Virus record (IMG/VR): IMGVR_UViG_3300005077_000006
Coordinates: 1-64,000 of that record
Strand: one strand, 5' to 3'
Length of the DNA: 64,000 nucleotides
Origin: a virus
Shown piece by piece: positions 19,114 through 28,535 of this stretch. Every line of letters begins with the position of its first letter. Within the stretch, counting starts at the first letter, position 1. The notes beneath the pieces are model-generated. The model saw only the letters and a program-made list of their open reading frames with translations. It had not been told where the DNA came from and ran no database searches. A program made the translations under genes and the position numbers.

Positions 19114-19144
19114 CGGGACTCAGCAACCCGACGAGGTGATCCTA

Positions 19145-21166
19145 ATGAGCGCCGAAGGCCACGGAATCCTGGGCATCGAAGGCCGGCTTCGCTGCGTACA
19201 ACACGACGTTCGTGGAATGAAGGGGAGCGGGCCGGGAGGCGCCGTCGACTTCGACGATCTCTGGACAGTCGATGAGGTGGGTACTCGGAAACCCAAGCAT
19301 CCTGAGCGCATCATCGAGGATCGGACGATCAAGAACAAGTTCACCAAGCGTGGCCTGTCCTATCTCCTACGTACGGTGCTCAAGAGTCACTCGGGCACCG
19401 ATCAGAGCAAGCAGCCTACCGATATCACCTACGGCTGGAGCAACAACCCCTTCCAGGCGTTTGTGCTCATCGGTGACGACGGAGCCGTGCCCGTCCGTCG
19501 TGGCGATGCGCGGGTGCTCTGGGAGGAGAGCGATGGGCAGTACGACGACAAGATCGCAGCCGGGTCGGGCGTCGCGGTCTATGGTCGACGCGGCCTGCTT
19601 CTGAGCCTCACGACGGGCATCTTCAAGCGCGTCCAGATCCGCTACCCCAACGCCTCTCCCGACTACGAGCAGCTCGAGTACACGTTCTTCGCCCAGGCCA
19701 ACACGGTCAAGCAGGATGGCCCAACAGGCGGCGATGTCGGCATCGACGACTTCGTCGCCAAGAGCATCGCGCTCGCCTACGGCGTCGCCTGCGGCTACAA
19801 CGAGGCATCGAGCCAGGTCGGGAGCCGCGCGATCCTCGGGGTCGCTGCAACGCATCAGGGCTACGCTGATCGACTCTACAAGCACGAGTGGTTCGGCCAG
19901 GGAGACGGCTCGGCCGAGGGGCAGGGTACTGTGCCAGCCACCAGGCATGCGAATGGCACCAACCCCCTCTCCTCGCTCTACGACTCAGGCGAGGCCATCG
20001 ACGGCGACGGTTGGGTCTCGAGCAATGGCGACGCTGCCGACGTCTCGATCTCGGCCCTGACTGGGGTCAGCATCACGATCACCGCCGCGACCAAGCGTAT
20101 CCAGGTCACGGGCGCGGCCTTCACCAGCGCGCACACGCGGAAGACTCTCAAGATCCGCAACATGACCACCGCCGGCAACAACCTCGACTACACGATCAAG
20201 CGTGTAGTCGATGCGGACGAGGTCGAGGTCTTCGAGACCCCCGCTGGCGATGAGACCGACGCCTCGGCCGATGCCGATCTGGTGACCCGTACCTGGGCAC
20301 AGCAGGCATTCGACGGCCGCGTCGAGAACGAGGGGCTGGTCGGCAAGGGCACGTACGATGCCGACGCCGAGGCCACCATCATCCAGGGCGAGAAGTGGAT
20401 CTCGACTGATGCCCCCGGCCCCCACTACCTCGGGCGCATCTGGACGGCGAGCAAGAAGATCGCAGGAGTGCGCGTGGTGTTCCCGAAGGGAAGCATCCGT
20501 GACTTCTGCCCGAACCGCCTCCAGATCCAGACCCTGACTTCTGGCAACCCGGAGGGTGGAACCTGGACGACGCAGGTCGATCACTCGGGCACTGACCAGG
20601 CGTCCAACATCTTCGACAACGGCGAGTACGGCTACGAGTACCTGTTCGGCTCGCCCGTGACAACCCAGGGTGTGCGGCTCTACATCAACTCCTCGGCCGA
20701 CACGCTCAGAAAAGCCGAGGTTGGAGAGCTGTACATCTTCGAGGTGCGGGATGGTGACGCCGGCCGCGAGTGGCTGTCCATCGCGGCCCCGAACAACGCG
20801 CTGCGGCACGCGGTGGATGGGGTCCCGACCTATCGGGCCTCGACGATCCCGGCGGTGGCGAACACGGCCAGCGTGCAGACCATCGTGGACGCCATCAACC
20901 GTCGGCTGTACGCCTGGGGACTCGAGGCCTACCGGAGTACGTTCGGATTCCTCTGGATCCGAGCGACGGTCGCTGGCAGCTACGCTCAGCTCCACATCGA
21001 CTCGAACGCGAACGGAAGCACGATCAACGCGAGCCTGGGTCTCTCGACCTCAGCCGTCGCAAAGACCGGCGTCACGCAGCCCTTCACCAAGGCGCAGGCG
21101 AATGCTGTGACGTTCATCTACACCCTGCGGATGGCCGGGAACCTGCCGAAGCCGTACGACTTCTAG
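19145..21166 (+). CDS. tail-associated protein with discoidin/galactose-binding-like domain
   Basis: AFDG..W.S...P.YL..W..VRV..TTQGVRLYI..VGELYIF pattern; GAGG RBS. Confidence 0.6.
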   Translation: MSAEGHGILGIEGRLRCVQHDVRGMKGSGPGGAVDFDDLWTVDEVGTRKPKHPERIIEDRTIKNKFTKRGLSYLLRTVLKSHSGTDQSKQPTDITYGWSNNPFQAFVLIGDDGAVPVRRGDARVLWEESDGQYDDKIAAGSGVAVYGRRGLLLSLTTGIFKRVQIRYPNASPDYEQLEYTFFAQANTVKQDGPTGGDVGIDDFVAKSIALAYGVACGYNEASSQVGSRAILGVAATHQGYADRLYKHEWFGQGDGSAEGQGTVPATRHANGTNPLSSLYDSGEAIDGDGWVSSNGDAADVSISALTGVSITITAATKRIQVTGAAFTSAHTRKTLKIRNMTTAGNNLDYTIKRVVDADEVEVFETPAGDETDASADADLVTRTWAQQAFDGRVENEGLVGKGTYDADAEATIIQGEKWISTDAPGPHYLGRIWTASKKIAGVRVVFPKGSIRDFCPNRLQIQTLTSGNPEGGTWTTQVDHSGTDQASNIFDNGEYGYEYLFGSPVTTQGVRLYINSSADTLRKAEVGELYIFEVRDGDAGREWLSIAAPNNALRHAVDGVPTYRASTIPAVANTASVQTIVDAINRRLYAWGLEAYRSTFGFLWIRATVAGSYAQLHIDSNANGSTINASLGLSTSAVAKTGVTQPFTKAQANAVTFIYTLRMAGNLPKPYDF

Positions 21167-21175
21167 GAGACGATC

Positions 21176-21835
21176 ATGCAAGGTCATTTCGATCTGGCTC
21201 TTCTCGACACTCCTGGGCTCACCCAAGAGTTGATCGAGGCCGTGCGGCGAGAGGGTGGTGATCCCAAGGTTGAGGCGCTGCTCAAGGAGTTCAGGCGCGA
21301 AGGCGAGTGGAAGACGGACAACCTGATCTATCAGGTGACGCCAAGCTATCTCTACTACTGGGCGATGAGCGGTCCGGTACCGTATGGTGGGATGGAGTCC
21401 AACTACGGGGGCGGCAGTGCCCTGCTCGCCTACATCACTCTCGTCTCCACATCCGGTGAGCCCACCTACAATGGCGAGAACTACATCGGCGATATCACCT
21501 GGGATGGCCTTCCCGACAACGTCGGGAGTTCCGCTTCCAAGTATTTCGTCACCCAGTGCATCGTCACGCCTGAGTATGCAGTCGATCCAGGCGGACGTGA
21601 GGCGATCTACGTCAAATCCAAGTGGCTGTTCCTCCCCGGGCAAGCCACTAGTTCCGTGATTCGTAGCGTCGCCCTCTTCTACTCTTCGGAGATCACGAAT
21701 CCGACTGCAGGTTATCGGAAGGTGCGTGTCGGTCGAGTGCGCATCAAGGATTCCGGCGGAAACCCCGTTACGATCTCCAAGGCCGCGTCGAAGAGCCTGC
21801 TTGTGGAGTACACCTTCACGCTGCCGACGACGTAG
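21176..21835 (+). CDS. tail/baseplate-associated protein
   Basis: C-terminal ISKAASKSLLVEYTFTL resembles phage tail-collar/baseplate proteins. Confidence 0.55.
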   Translation: MQGHFDLALLDTPGLTQELIEAVRREGGDPKVEALLKEFRREGEWKTDNLIYQVTPSYLYYWAMSGPVPYGGMESNYGGGSALLAYITLVSTSGEPTYNGENYIGDITWDGLPDNVGSSASKYFVTQCIVTPEYAVDPGGREAIYVKSKWLFLPGQATSSVIRSVALFYSSEITNPTAGYRKVRVGRVRIKDSGGNPVTISKAASKSLLVEYTFTLPTT

Positions 21836-21844
21836 GAGCTGCCG

Positions 21845-24139
21845 GTGTCGTTCCTGACGCGCTTCTACTCCGCCTTCCCCGGCGGAACCATGCAGCAGAC
21901 GCTTGGAGGTGGCACGATCTCCGAGGCTGCTGGTGTCCTGACCGTCGCCGTCGCACAGACTGTGGATGGTGATTGGGCACCAAACCTCGCGCCTATCGCA
22001 TGGGTCCCTGCGCACTCGCAGCAGGTTGCGTTCGATACCGTTTTCAAGTGCGAGTCCCGGCTCTACAGCCACACCACCGTCGGCGGCAACATCGCCCGGA
22101 GCGGGATCGTCCTCTACAAGGACTACGACAACGGCCTCGAATTCGGCCACTACAGCGGCGACAACCAGATCTACGTCACGCGCTGGATGAGTGGGAGCGG
22201 CGGCAACGTCGCAAACACCAGTCCTCTCGCCACTCCGACGGCGAGCCCGCACACCTACCGCGTCTACTGGAACCCGACGAATCGCCCCCTGTTCGTGCAA
22301 GAAGAGGGAATCTCCTTCACGATCAACGCAAACTCGATGCAGTTCTGGTATCGCGTTGGTGACGCCGGGACCTGGACCCTTCTTCACACCCGCGACTGGG
22401 AGTGGAAGAAGGAAGAGATGCTCTTCGGCTGCTGCGCGCACAACTACCAGGCGCAGAAGCACGGGGTTACCGCGCTCTTCAGTCAGGCCGGCATCTACCA
22501 GTGGGATGCGACGGCGCAGATCTTTGTCCCTGCCAACGACCAAGTCCCGCTGACGAACACCTCCGTCGACCCGAAAGAAGTACTGGCGCTCGAGGACCAA
22601 GCTCAGGCGCTGACGCAGAGCGGGCCCGCAGGGCACCAGTGGCCTGATGGTCAAGGTGACGGATTCATCCAGAAGGACCTCTCCGTCGCTGCGTTCGAAG
22701 ATCAAGCTCAGATCTTGACCCAGTCGGGACAGCCCACGCACTCGATGCGGGATGGGCTGGATCAAGGCTACGCCTTCCGGCCACCGACGTTGGCACTCGA
22801 AGATCAGGTCTCGGTCTTCCTCAGTGGCGAGCCTGAGTTCAGTACGAGCACCAATGATTCCGACGGTCACGCGCACTTCAACAATCTCAAGCCGTACCTG
22901 CTGATCGCTGGAGACACGACGGGCGAGCCGTGGGACACCCCGACGTTGAACAGCTTCACGGGCTACGGGCGGGATGGGTACAAGTACACGAATGGCATCC
23001 AGGATGCCGGCCCGGTGTCGGCCCCCTGGAGGTCTGAGGCCTCGAGCGCAAACCGCAGCTCCCGCCCCGACTTCCCGCACAAGTACCTGATCGCCGTCTC
23101 GCGCCTCGAGCTCACGATCTTCGACCTCGACTCCTATGTTGGGACTCCTACCAGCCTGCGCATGTGGATGCGCTTCCTCCTTGGGAACAGCGTGTCGGAC
23201 TTCTACGCTCTTGGACGAGGCGTCGAGACCATCCGCTCCGCGATCATGGCGAACGGTCAACTCGTCGTGGGGACCACGAACACTGGGTGGGAGAACGGAC
23301 GGCTCCACAGCGTCGACTTCAGGGCGACGACCCCGGCGACGGTGTTCAGCCTCATCGGGTCCGACAACCAGTGGGTTGGTCAGGGCACGAAGAGTGTTGT
23401 TGACCGCAACACGAACGCCATCTGGGCCGTGAGCGGGTCGAACAGGATCAACACGGAGGAGAACCACAGCCTCGCGCACTACGTGGAGGGAACCAACACG
23501 CTCTACGTGTTCCTGGCGGGTGAGGACGCCTCGCCGCAGATCGTCAAGTACACGGGTGGCACGATTCAGTCTGTTGTCTCAGCAGCAGGGGAGAGCATTG
23601 GTTCGGACAACGCGGGCGACTACCGCCGTGTCCTGATCGACGAGAATGGTTGGCTCTGGTTCGCCATTGGAAGCCGCCTCTATCGGAACGTGTTCGACTG
23701 GCAAGAGGGGTACATGTATCCCAGCGCCTCCGATCTCCGGCAGGGGTCTGTCGATCTCGGGTACACGATCACGCACCTGGCACAGGTAGGGAACGACATC
23801 TACGCGGGCACCTCCAAGGGTGTGTTCAGGATCGGTAAAGGATCGCTGGAGAGCTACCTGGCCTACACCGTGGCTGGTGAGGGCGGAGGAGGCCGGCTGA
23901 ACGCTCCTCCAGCGGGGGAGATCATTCCGGGAACGACAGCAAAGATTCAGAGCTTGCAGGGCTTGCAGTTCTCGTTCAGCGGGCTGGTCATCAAGTACCT
24001 GGTTGTGGGCACGATCATAGATCGGACGCTGGGGTCTGCGTGCATCATTCGTCTGTTCGATGACGTCCTGGTCAAGTCGCTGATCTACCCCGACTTGATT
24101 GAGCAGGGAGTGCTTTCTGCGCAAGCAATAGGAGCGTGA
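21845..24139 (+). CDS. putative receptor-binding/tail protein (lectin-like N-domain, EDQ repeats, beta-propeller-like C-domain)
   Basis: YRVYWNP module, three (L/F)EDQ repeats, W/Y/G-rich C-half; paralog of the next gene. Confidence 0.6.
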   Translation: MSFLTRFYSAFPGGTMQQTLGGGTISEAAGVLTVAVAQTVDGDWAPNLAPIAWVPAHSQQVAFDTVFKCESRLYSHTTVGGNIARSGIVLYKDYDNGLEFGHYSGDNQIYVTRWMSGSGGNVANTSPLATPTASPHTYRVYWNPTNRPLFVQEEGISFTINANSMQFWYRVGDAGTWTLLHTRDWEWKKEEMLFGCCAHNYQAQKHGVTALFSQAGIYQWDATAQIFVPANDQVPLTNTSVDPKEVLALEDQAQALTQSGPAGHQWPDGQGDGFIQKDLSVAAFEDQAQILTQSGQPTHSMRDGLDQGYAFRPPTLALEDQVSVFLSGEPEFSTSTNDSDGHAHFNNLKPYLLIAGDTTGEPWDTPTLNSFTGYGRDGYKYTNGIQDAGPVSAPWRSEASSANRSSRPDFPHKYLIAVSRLELTIFDLDSYVGTPTSLRMWMRFLLGNSVSDFYALGRGVETIRSAIMANGQLVVGTTNTGWENGRLHSVDFRATTPATVFSLIGSDNQWVGQGTKSVVDRNTNAIWAVSGSNRINTEENHSLAHYVEGTNTLYVFLAGEDASPQIVKYTGGTIQSVVSAAGESIGSDNAGDYRRVLIDENGWLWFAIGSRLYRNVFDWQEGYMYPSASDLRQGSVDLGYTITHLAQVGNDIYAGTSKGVFRIGKGSLESYLAYTVAGEGGGGRLNAPPAGEIIPGTTAKIQSLQGLQFSFSGLVIKYLVVGTIIDRTLGSACIIRLFDDVLVKSLIYPDLIEQGVLSAQAIGA

Positions 24140-24140
24140 C

Positions 24141-27011
24141 ATGGGTCTGATCGAAACGCTCCGAGATGATTTCACCGGCACCACGATCCTAAAGCAGTGG
24201 TCCGGCAACGGGTCGATCTCTCTACCCGGCACCGTTGGGCGTCTGACCTGTCCGAACGGGCAAAACTGCAACTGGGATTACTCTACCACCGGCGCACCGC
24301 TGTTGTTCGATAACGTCCGGCAGCTCATGACGCAGCCGGCGATGCCGTTCTTCATCGAGACCAAGTTGTCTCTGTTCACCGGTACGACCAACTACCGTCT
24401 TGCCGGATTGATCTGGGGAACGACCAAGGCTCTCGGGCTGGGTGTGAACTTCTACGCCTATTACCTGGCGTACTACAAACAAGAGGGCAGGCTGATCGTC
24501 GATTACCAGTATCCGACGGGTGGCGTGCGGTTGTTCAACTCCGTAGGGATCGTAGACCCCGCGAGCGCCCCACACTGGTATCGCATCTACTGGAACCCGT
24601 ACAACCGACCTGTCTGGATTCAAGAGCTGAGTCTGGCGCTCGGCACCGATCAGCTTTGCTTCGCGTACTCCGTGGACGGCACCAACTGGACGAGCATGGG
24701 GACGCGGACCAGTGACTTCGCCCCTGTGATCGCCGGCATTCATTGCCGCAAGTGGGAGACCAGTGCTGTCAATGCCGAGGCCGACTTCGACTACTTCGCG
24801 GTGGAGCAGTACAACGAAGCCGATCTGCTGCTCGTGCCATCAGTCGGCAAGGACAACCAGGAGACGCTGGCTCTGGAGGACCAGGGTGGGATCATCACGG
24901 AGTCTGGCCCAACGCGCTTCGATTCGACGGGCGTTGGAGAAGCCATGTCCATCGCGCCGCCAAGCATGGTGGCGTTCGAAGATCAGGGGCAGCTCCTTGG
25001 GGACGGGCAAGGATCACGTTTCGATCTGCCAGAGATCTCGGAGGCCATCAGCGTCCGTGAGACCATGGCACTGGAGGACGGCTTCCAGTGTCACCTGAAC
25101 GACAGCGACTACATCAAGGGCTTGAACGACGGGGACGGGCGAGAATTCATCGGCTACACCTCCATCCGTCAGGTTCTGCTTTACGACGCGACGCAGGATC
25201 CCTGGCACACCCACGGCGCCGGGCACTACGGTGCGGGCCGCGACGGCAAGCTCTACTACGATGGCGTGGAGTGCGGACCTGGCGCATTCAGCGTCGGCAG
25301 CCCCGCGGCCTTGAACGATACCGCGTGGACAAGACCGGGCGGTCTTGTAGATCGGTTCTCTTCTGCGCATGCGCCCGAACTCACCTACCCAGTTGCTGGG
25401 ACGGTGAGGTTCGCACCGTCTGGCACGGGCGCGCAACTAGCTGCTGTCAGCACTGCTCTGCGGTGGTACCTCGTCGGTGACTTCGATGTTCAGATAGACT
25501 TCAACGTCATCTCGGCAGGGTCCGCCGGCACCGACGGTGGGCTCGAAATGCAGGCCCTGCTAGATCCCAACAACGTATTCTACGTCCGTCGAAAATTGTG
25601 GGGAGGCAACTTCTACGACAAGGATGTGAGGAACAACGGGAGCTGGGTCAGCTACGCCTCGGTTTCCACCAGCAACATGAGCGGCAAGCTCCGGCTCACG
25701 CGAGTGGGTTCCCAGGTTCGTTCGTACTACTGGAGTGGGAGTGCGTGGGTCCAGATCGGGTCTACCTACACGATGACCTATAACAGGCCCGTGTTTCTTA
25801 GCATAGGGTACTACTGCCAGAACACACCCTCTGGGGTGGATTTCGAGCTTAGCAACTTCACGATCAACTCGGGGACGACGACCAACCTCATCGGTTGGGC
25901 TCGCGAAGCTGCTGGCACCTATCGAGGCTCCCAGGCTGAATTCCCGGAGCACGCACTGATCTCTTCGTCCGGTCAAGGCTTCGACATTATCGACGTCGAT
26001 ACCCAGAAGCTCTGGATGAGCTTCCGCGGTGCCACGGGCAACCTAGTCGCTGGCGATGCGAACTACTACATCCGACAGCTTGCCATGAAGGATGGTGTGC
26101 TATTCGTAGCTTTCCGGACCTTCGACGCTCACGGTGTGGTGAATGGCTGGGCCGCGTGGATCGATTTCACGCTCGACTTCATGCGTCTACATCGTGGACC
26201 GACCTATAATGACGCTGGCCTGATCTATAACGTCGAGCTGACCACGGGTGTCTGGCCTCGCGACTCTGCGAATGGTTGCATCGCGTTCAGAAACAACGCG
26301 CGTGGGTTCTACGCAGCGTACACGCTCAACTGGCGATTCCAGAACGACCGCGCCAACTGGTGCGATCTCCTGCACGATGGAGATCATCAGTATCGCGCTG
26401 TTGCCAACAATGGCGGAGCCTACGTCGCTCGTTGGAGGCGCTGGCGCTTCGAAGGCACGAACGAGGCGCACCTCAATACACCGGATTCGGGTTTGTCGAC
26501 GGTGACCACTGCGGTGCAGTGGATCGGCTTTGCGCCGACGACCAAGGACCTCGTCTACCACGACCGCACCAAGGTCTACATCGTGACGTGGTCCAACCTC
26601 TCCACCATCCTGAGTGGGGGAGGAGGGACCTGGACCGAGGATAACGAGTACACCCTCGCTGGGACAGTGAGTGCCTACGATCTGGTGAAGGAAGCCCAGG
26701 ACAAGATGCTCTTCTACGGTGGATACCTCTGGTACGCACGGGTGCAAGGCGTCTACCGTATGGACATGGGCACTGGGGCATCCACGCTCTTCTATGGGAA
26801 GGTCGGCTCAGGTGCCACGCACGAGGTGTTGCCGGACTACTCGACCATCGTGTCTTTGCACCTGGGTGCGGATGGGGTCACGCCAGTGTTGTTGGTTGGC
26901 TTGACCTACCCCGACCGCGTGGTTGCTGTGAACCTGGCGTCGCACGTCATCTACTGGAGAGGTCGCGAGCTCGACAGTCGCACACCTGTCGCCCTAGCGA
27001 TCGGAGACTGA
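24141..27011 (+). CDS. putative receptor-binding/tail protein, paralog of the upstream gene with an extra ConA-like domain
   Basis: YRIYWNP, three LEDQ/FEDQ/LEDG repeats, GDFDVQIDF..KLRLTRVG..W domain. Confidence 0.6.
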   Translation: MGLIETLRDDFTGTTILKQWSGNGSISLPGTVGRLTCPNGQNCNWDYSTTGAPLLFDNVRQLMTQPAMPFFIETKLSLFTGTTNYRLAGLIWGTTKALGLGVNFYAYYLAYYKQEGRLIVDYQYPTGGVRLFNSVGIVDPASAPHWYRIYWNPYNRPVWIQELSLALGTDQLCFAYSVDGTNWTSMGTRTSDFAPVIAGIHCRKWETSAVNAEADFDYFAVEQYNEADLLLVPSVGKDNQETLALEDQGGIITESGPTRFDSTGVGEAMSIAPPSMVAFEDQGQLLGDGQGSRFDLPEISEAISVRETMALEDGFQCHLNDSDYIKGLNDGDGREFIGYTSIRQVLLYDATQDPWHTHGAGHYGAGRDGKLYYDGVECGPGAFSVGSPAALNDTAWTRPGGLVDRFSSAHAPELTYPVAGTVRFAPSGTGAQLAAVSTALRWYLVGDFDVQIDFNVISAGSAGTDGGLEMQALLDPNNVFYVRRKLWGGNFYDKDVRNNGSWVSYASVSTSNMSGKLRLTRVGSQVRSYYWSGSAWVQIGSTYTMTYNRPVFLSIGYYCQNTPSGVDFELSNFTINSGTTTNLIGWAREAAGTYRGSQAEFPEHALISSSGQGFDIIDVDTQKLWMSFRGATGNLVAGDANYYIRQLAMKDGVLFVAFRTFDAHGVVNGWAAWIDFTLDFMRLHRGPTYNDAGLIYNVELTTGVWPRDSANGCIAFRNNARGFYAAYTLNWRFQNDRANWCDLLHDGDHQYRAVANNGGAYVARWRRWRFEGTNEAHLNTPDSGLSTVTTAVQWIGFAPTTKDLVYHDRTKVYIVTWSNLSTILSGGGGTWTEDNEYTLAGTVSAYDLVKEAQDKMLFYGGYLWYARVQGVYRMDMGTGASTLFYGKVGSGATHEVLPDYSTIVSLHLGADGVTPVLLVGLTYPDRVVAVNLASHVIYWRGRELDSRTPVALAIGD

Positions 27012-27017
27012 ACCGAG

Positions 27018-28535
27018 ATGAGCCTCACCCTCTACAACTCGGTCTTCTGGGGCATCGAAAAGCAGACGATCTCGTCTGGCGGCAACATTGGATCTCCGAC
27101 TCTTCTGTCTGCTGCCTCACTGGGGTCCACGCGGGTCAGGCTCACGTTCAATCGCAACATGCGCCAGGAGCTGAGTCAGGGCTTGCCACATCGCGAGGGC
27201 ACGCTTGCGCTGAGCAGCTACCGCATCACCCGGGTGGTTGGTGGGGCACTACTACCCATCGTTCGAGTCGTGCGCGTGGATGCCACGCACGTGGACTTGA
27301 TCACAGAGGATCAGACCGGTGGGCTCTACAATGCTACGGCGCTTGCTGGTGGGGCCATGGATGAGGCTGGGAATGTGATCAGCGAGCAGACGGTCGTCTT
27401 CACCGGCACCGCGCCGAGCGGTTACCCAGTGACGAGCTCCCTGCACCTGTTCTCCTCCGGGTACCCCGGGATGCAAGAGGACGAGGCATCCGATCCAATG
27501 CCAGACCTCGATCCGCCAGTGTTGCAGAACCAGAACCCGGCTCCCAACGACACGGGGGTAGACCCCGACACGTTGATCTACCTCGAGGTGGACGATCTCG
27601 ATGAGGGGATCGACCTGTCCTCCCTGAAGGTCTGGGTGCAGGGATCTCTGGCGTATCGCGGCGATACGGGTGTGTTCCTAGCGCCCTTCAACGGGCCCAG
27701 CTCCTCGATCTCCCTCGTGGGTAGCGTGTACCAGGTCACACTCGACCGGTCGTCTCCCTTCCTCGAGTGGGAGACGGTCAGCGTGCAGGTCTACGTCCGC
27801 GATCTGGCAGGGATCCCCAATGAGCTGGATGAGTCCTACACCTTCCGTACCTGGGACGTCACGGCGCCAACCACTACGCCCTACAGCCCGACTGGTGCCG
27901 GGCAAGACAAGCAGGTCTTGATCACCTGCTCTCTGCGGGATGTGGGCGGCTCGGGAGTCGTGCAGAGTACGATCAACGCCACCGTCCAGGGCTTCGCGGC
28001 CATCGTGAACGGCGTCTTCCAGCCCGGCTTCCAGGGGGTCAGCAGCGCCATCACAGCCAACGGCTTCAACGGCTTCGATGTCGTGATCGATAGGCAAGCT
28101 GACCACCCCAGCTCGGCTGCGATCAACGTCTTCATAACGGCTCAGGACGTAGCGGGGAATCCCGGTAGCCGCTCCTGGTCTTTCACGGTCACGGACTACG
28201 CTGGTCCGCTGGTCAACCCCACGGACCCCTCGATCGGGGAGACAGATGTCCCTATCGATCAGGACATCACCTTCGAGATCTCTGACGACAGTGGCGTAGA
28301 CCTGACGACCATCATCGTGGAGGTGAATCCAGGTACTGGTTTCGAGACGGCGTTCGTGTACGCTGATACTCCACAGTTCAAGACGGGTTGGGCCGGGCCC
28401 AACTCCCTGGTTAGCACGGCGCTGGGAGTGACTACCATCGTGATCGACAAGGAGACAGATCTCACCTTGGGTACGACCGTCCAGGTCAGGGTGACCGCTC
28501 TGGACATCTACGGGAATCCGGCGAGATTGAGCTGA
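27018..28535 (+). CDS. virion protein with tandem Ig-like (Big_5-type) domains
   Basis: Repeated D..PP...P...T.V..D..I...D...GVD..(T/S) and V.A.D..GN motifs. Confidence 0.7.
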   Translation: MSLTLYNSVFWGIEKQTISSGGNIGSPTLLSAASLGSTRVRLTFNRNMRQELSQGLPHREGTLALSSYRITRVVGGALLPIVRVVRVDATHVDLITEDQTGGLYNATALAGGAMDEAGNVISEQTVVFTGTAPSGYPVTSSLHLFSSGYPGMQEDEASDPMPDLDPPVLQNQNPAPNDTGVDPDTLIYLEVDDLDEGIDLSSLKVWVQGSLAYRGDTGVFLAPFNGPSSSISLVGSVYQVTLDRSSPFLEWETVSVQVYVRDLAGIPNELDESYTFRTWDVTAPTTTPYSPTGAGQDKQVLITCSLRDVGGSGVVQSTINATVQGFAAIVNGVFQPGFQGVSSAITANGFNGFDVVIDRQADHPSSAAINVFITAQDVAGNPGSRSWSFTVTDYAGPLVNPTDPSIGETDVPIDQDITFEISDDSGVDLTTIIVEVNPGTGFETAFVYADTPQFKTGWAGPNSLVSTALGVTTIVIDKETDLTLGTTVQVRVTALDIYGNPARLS

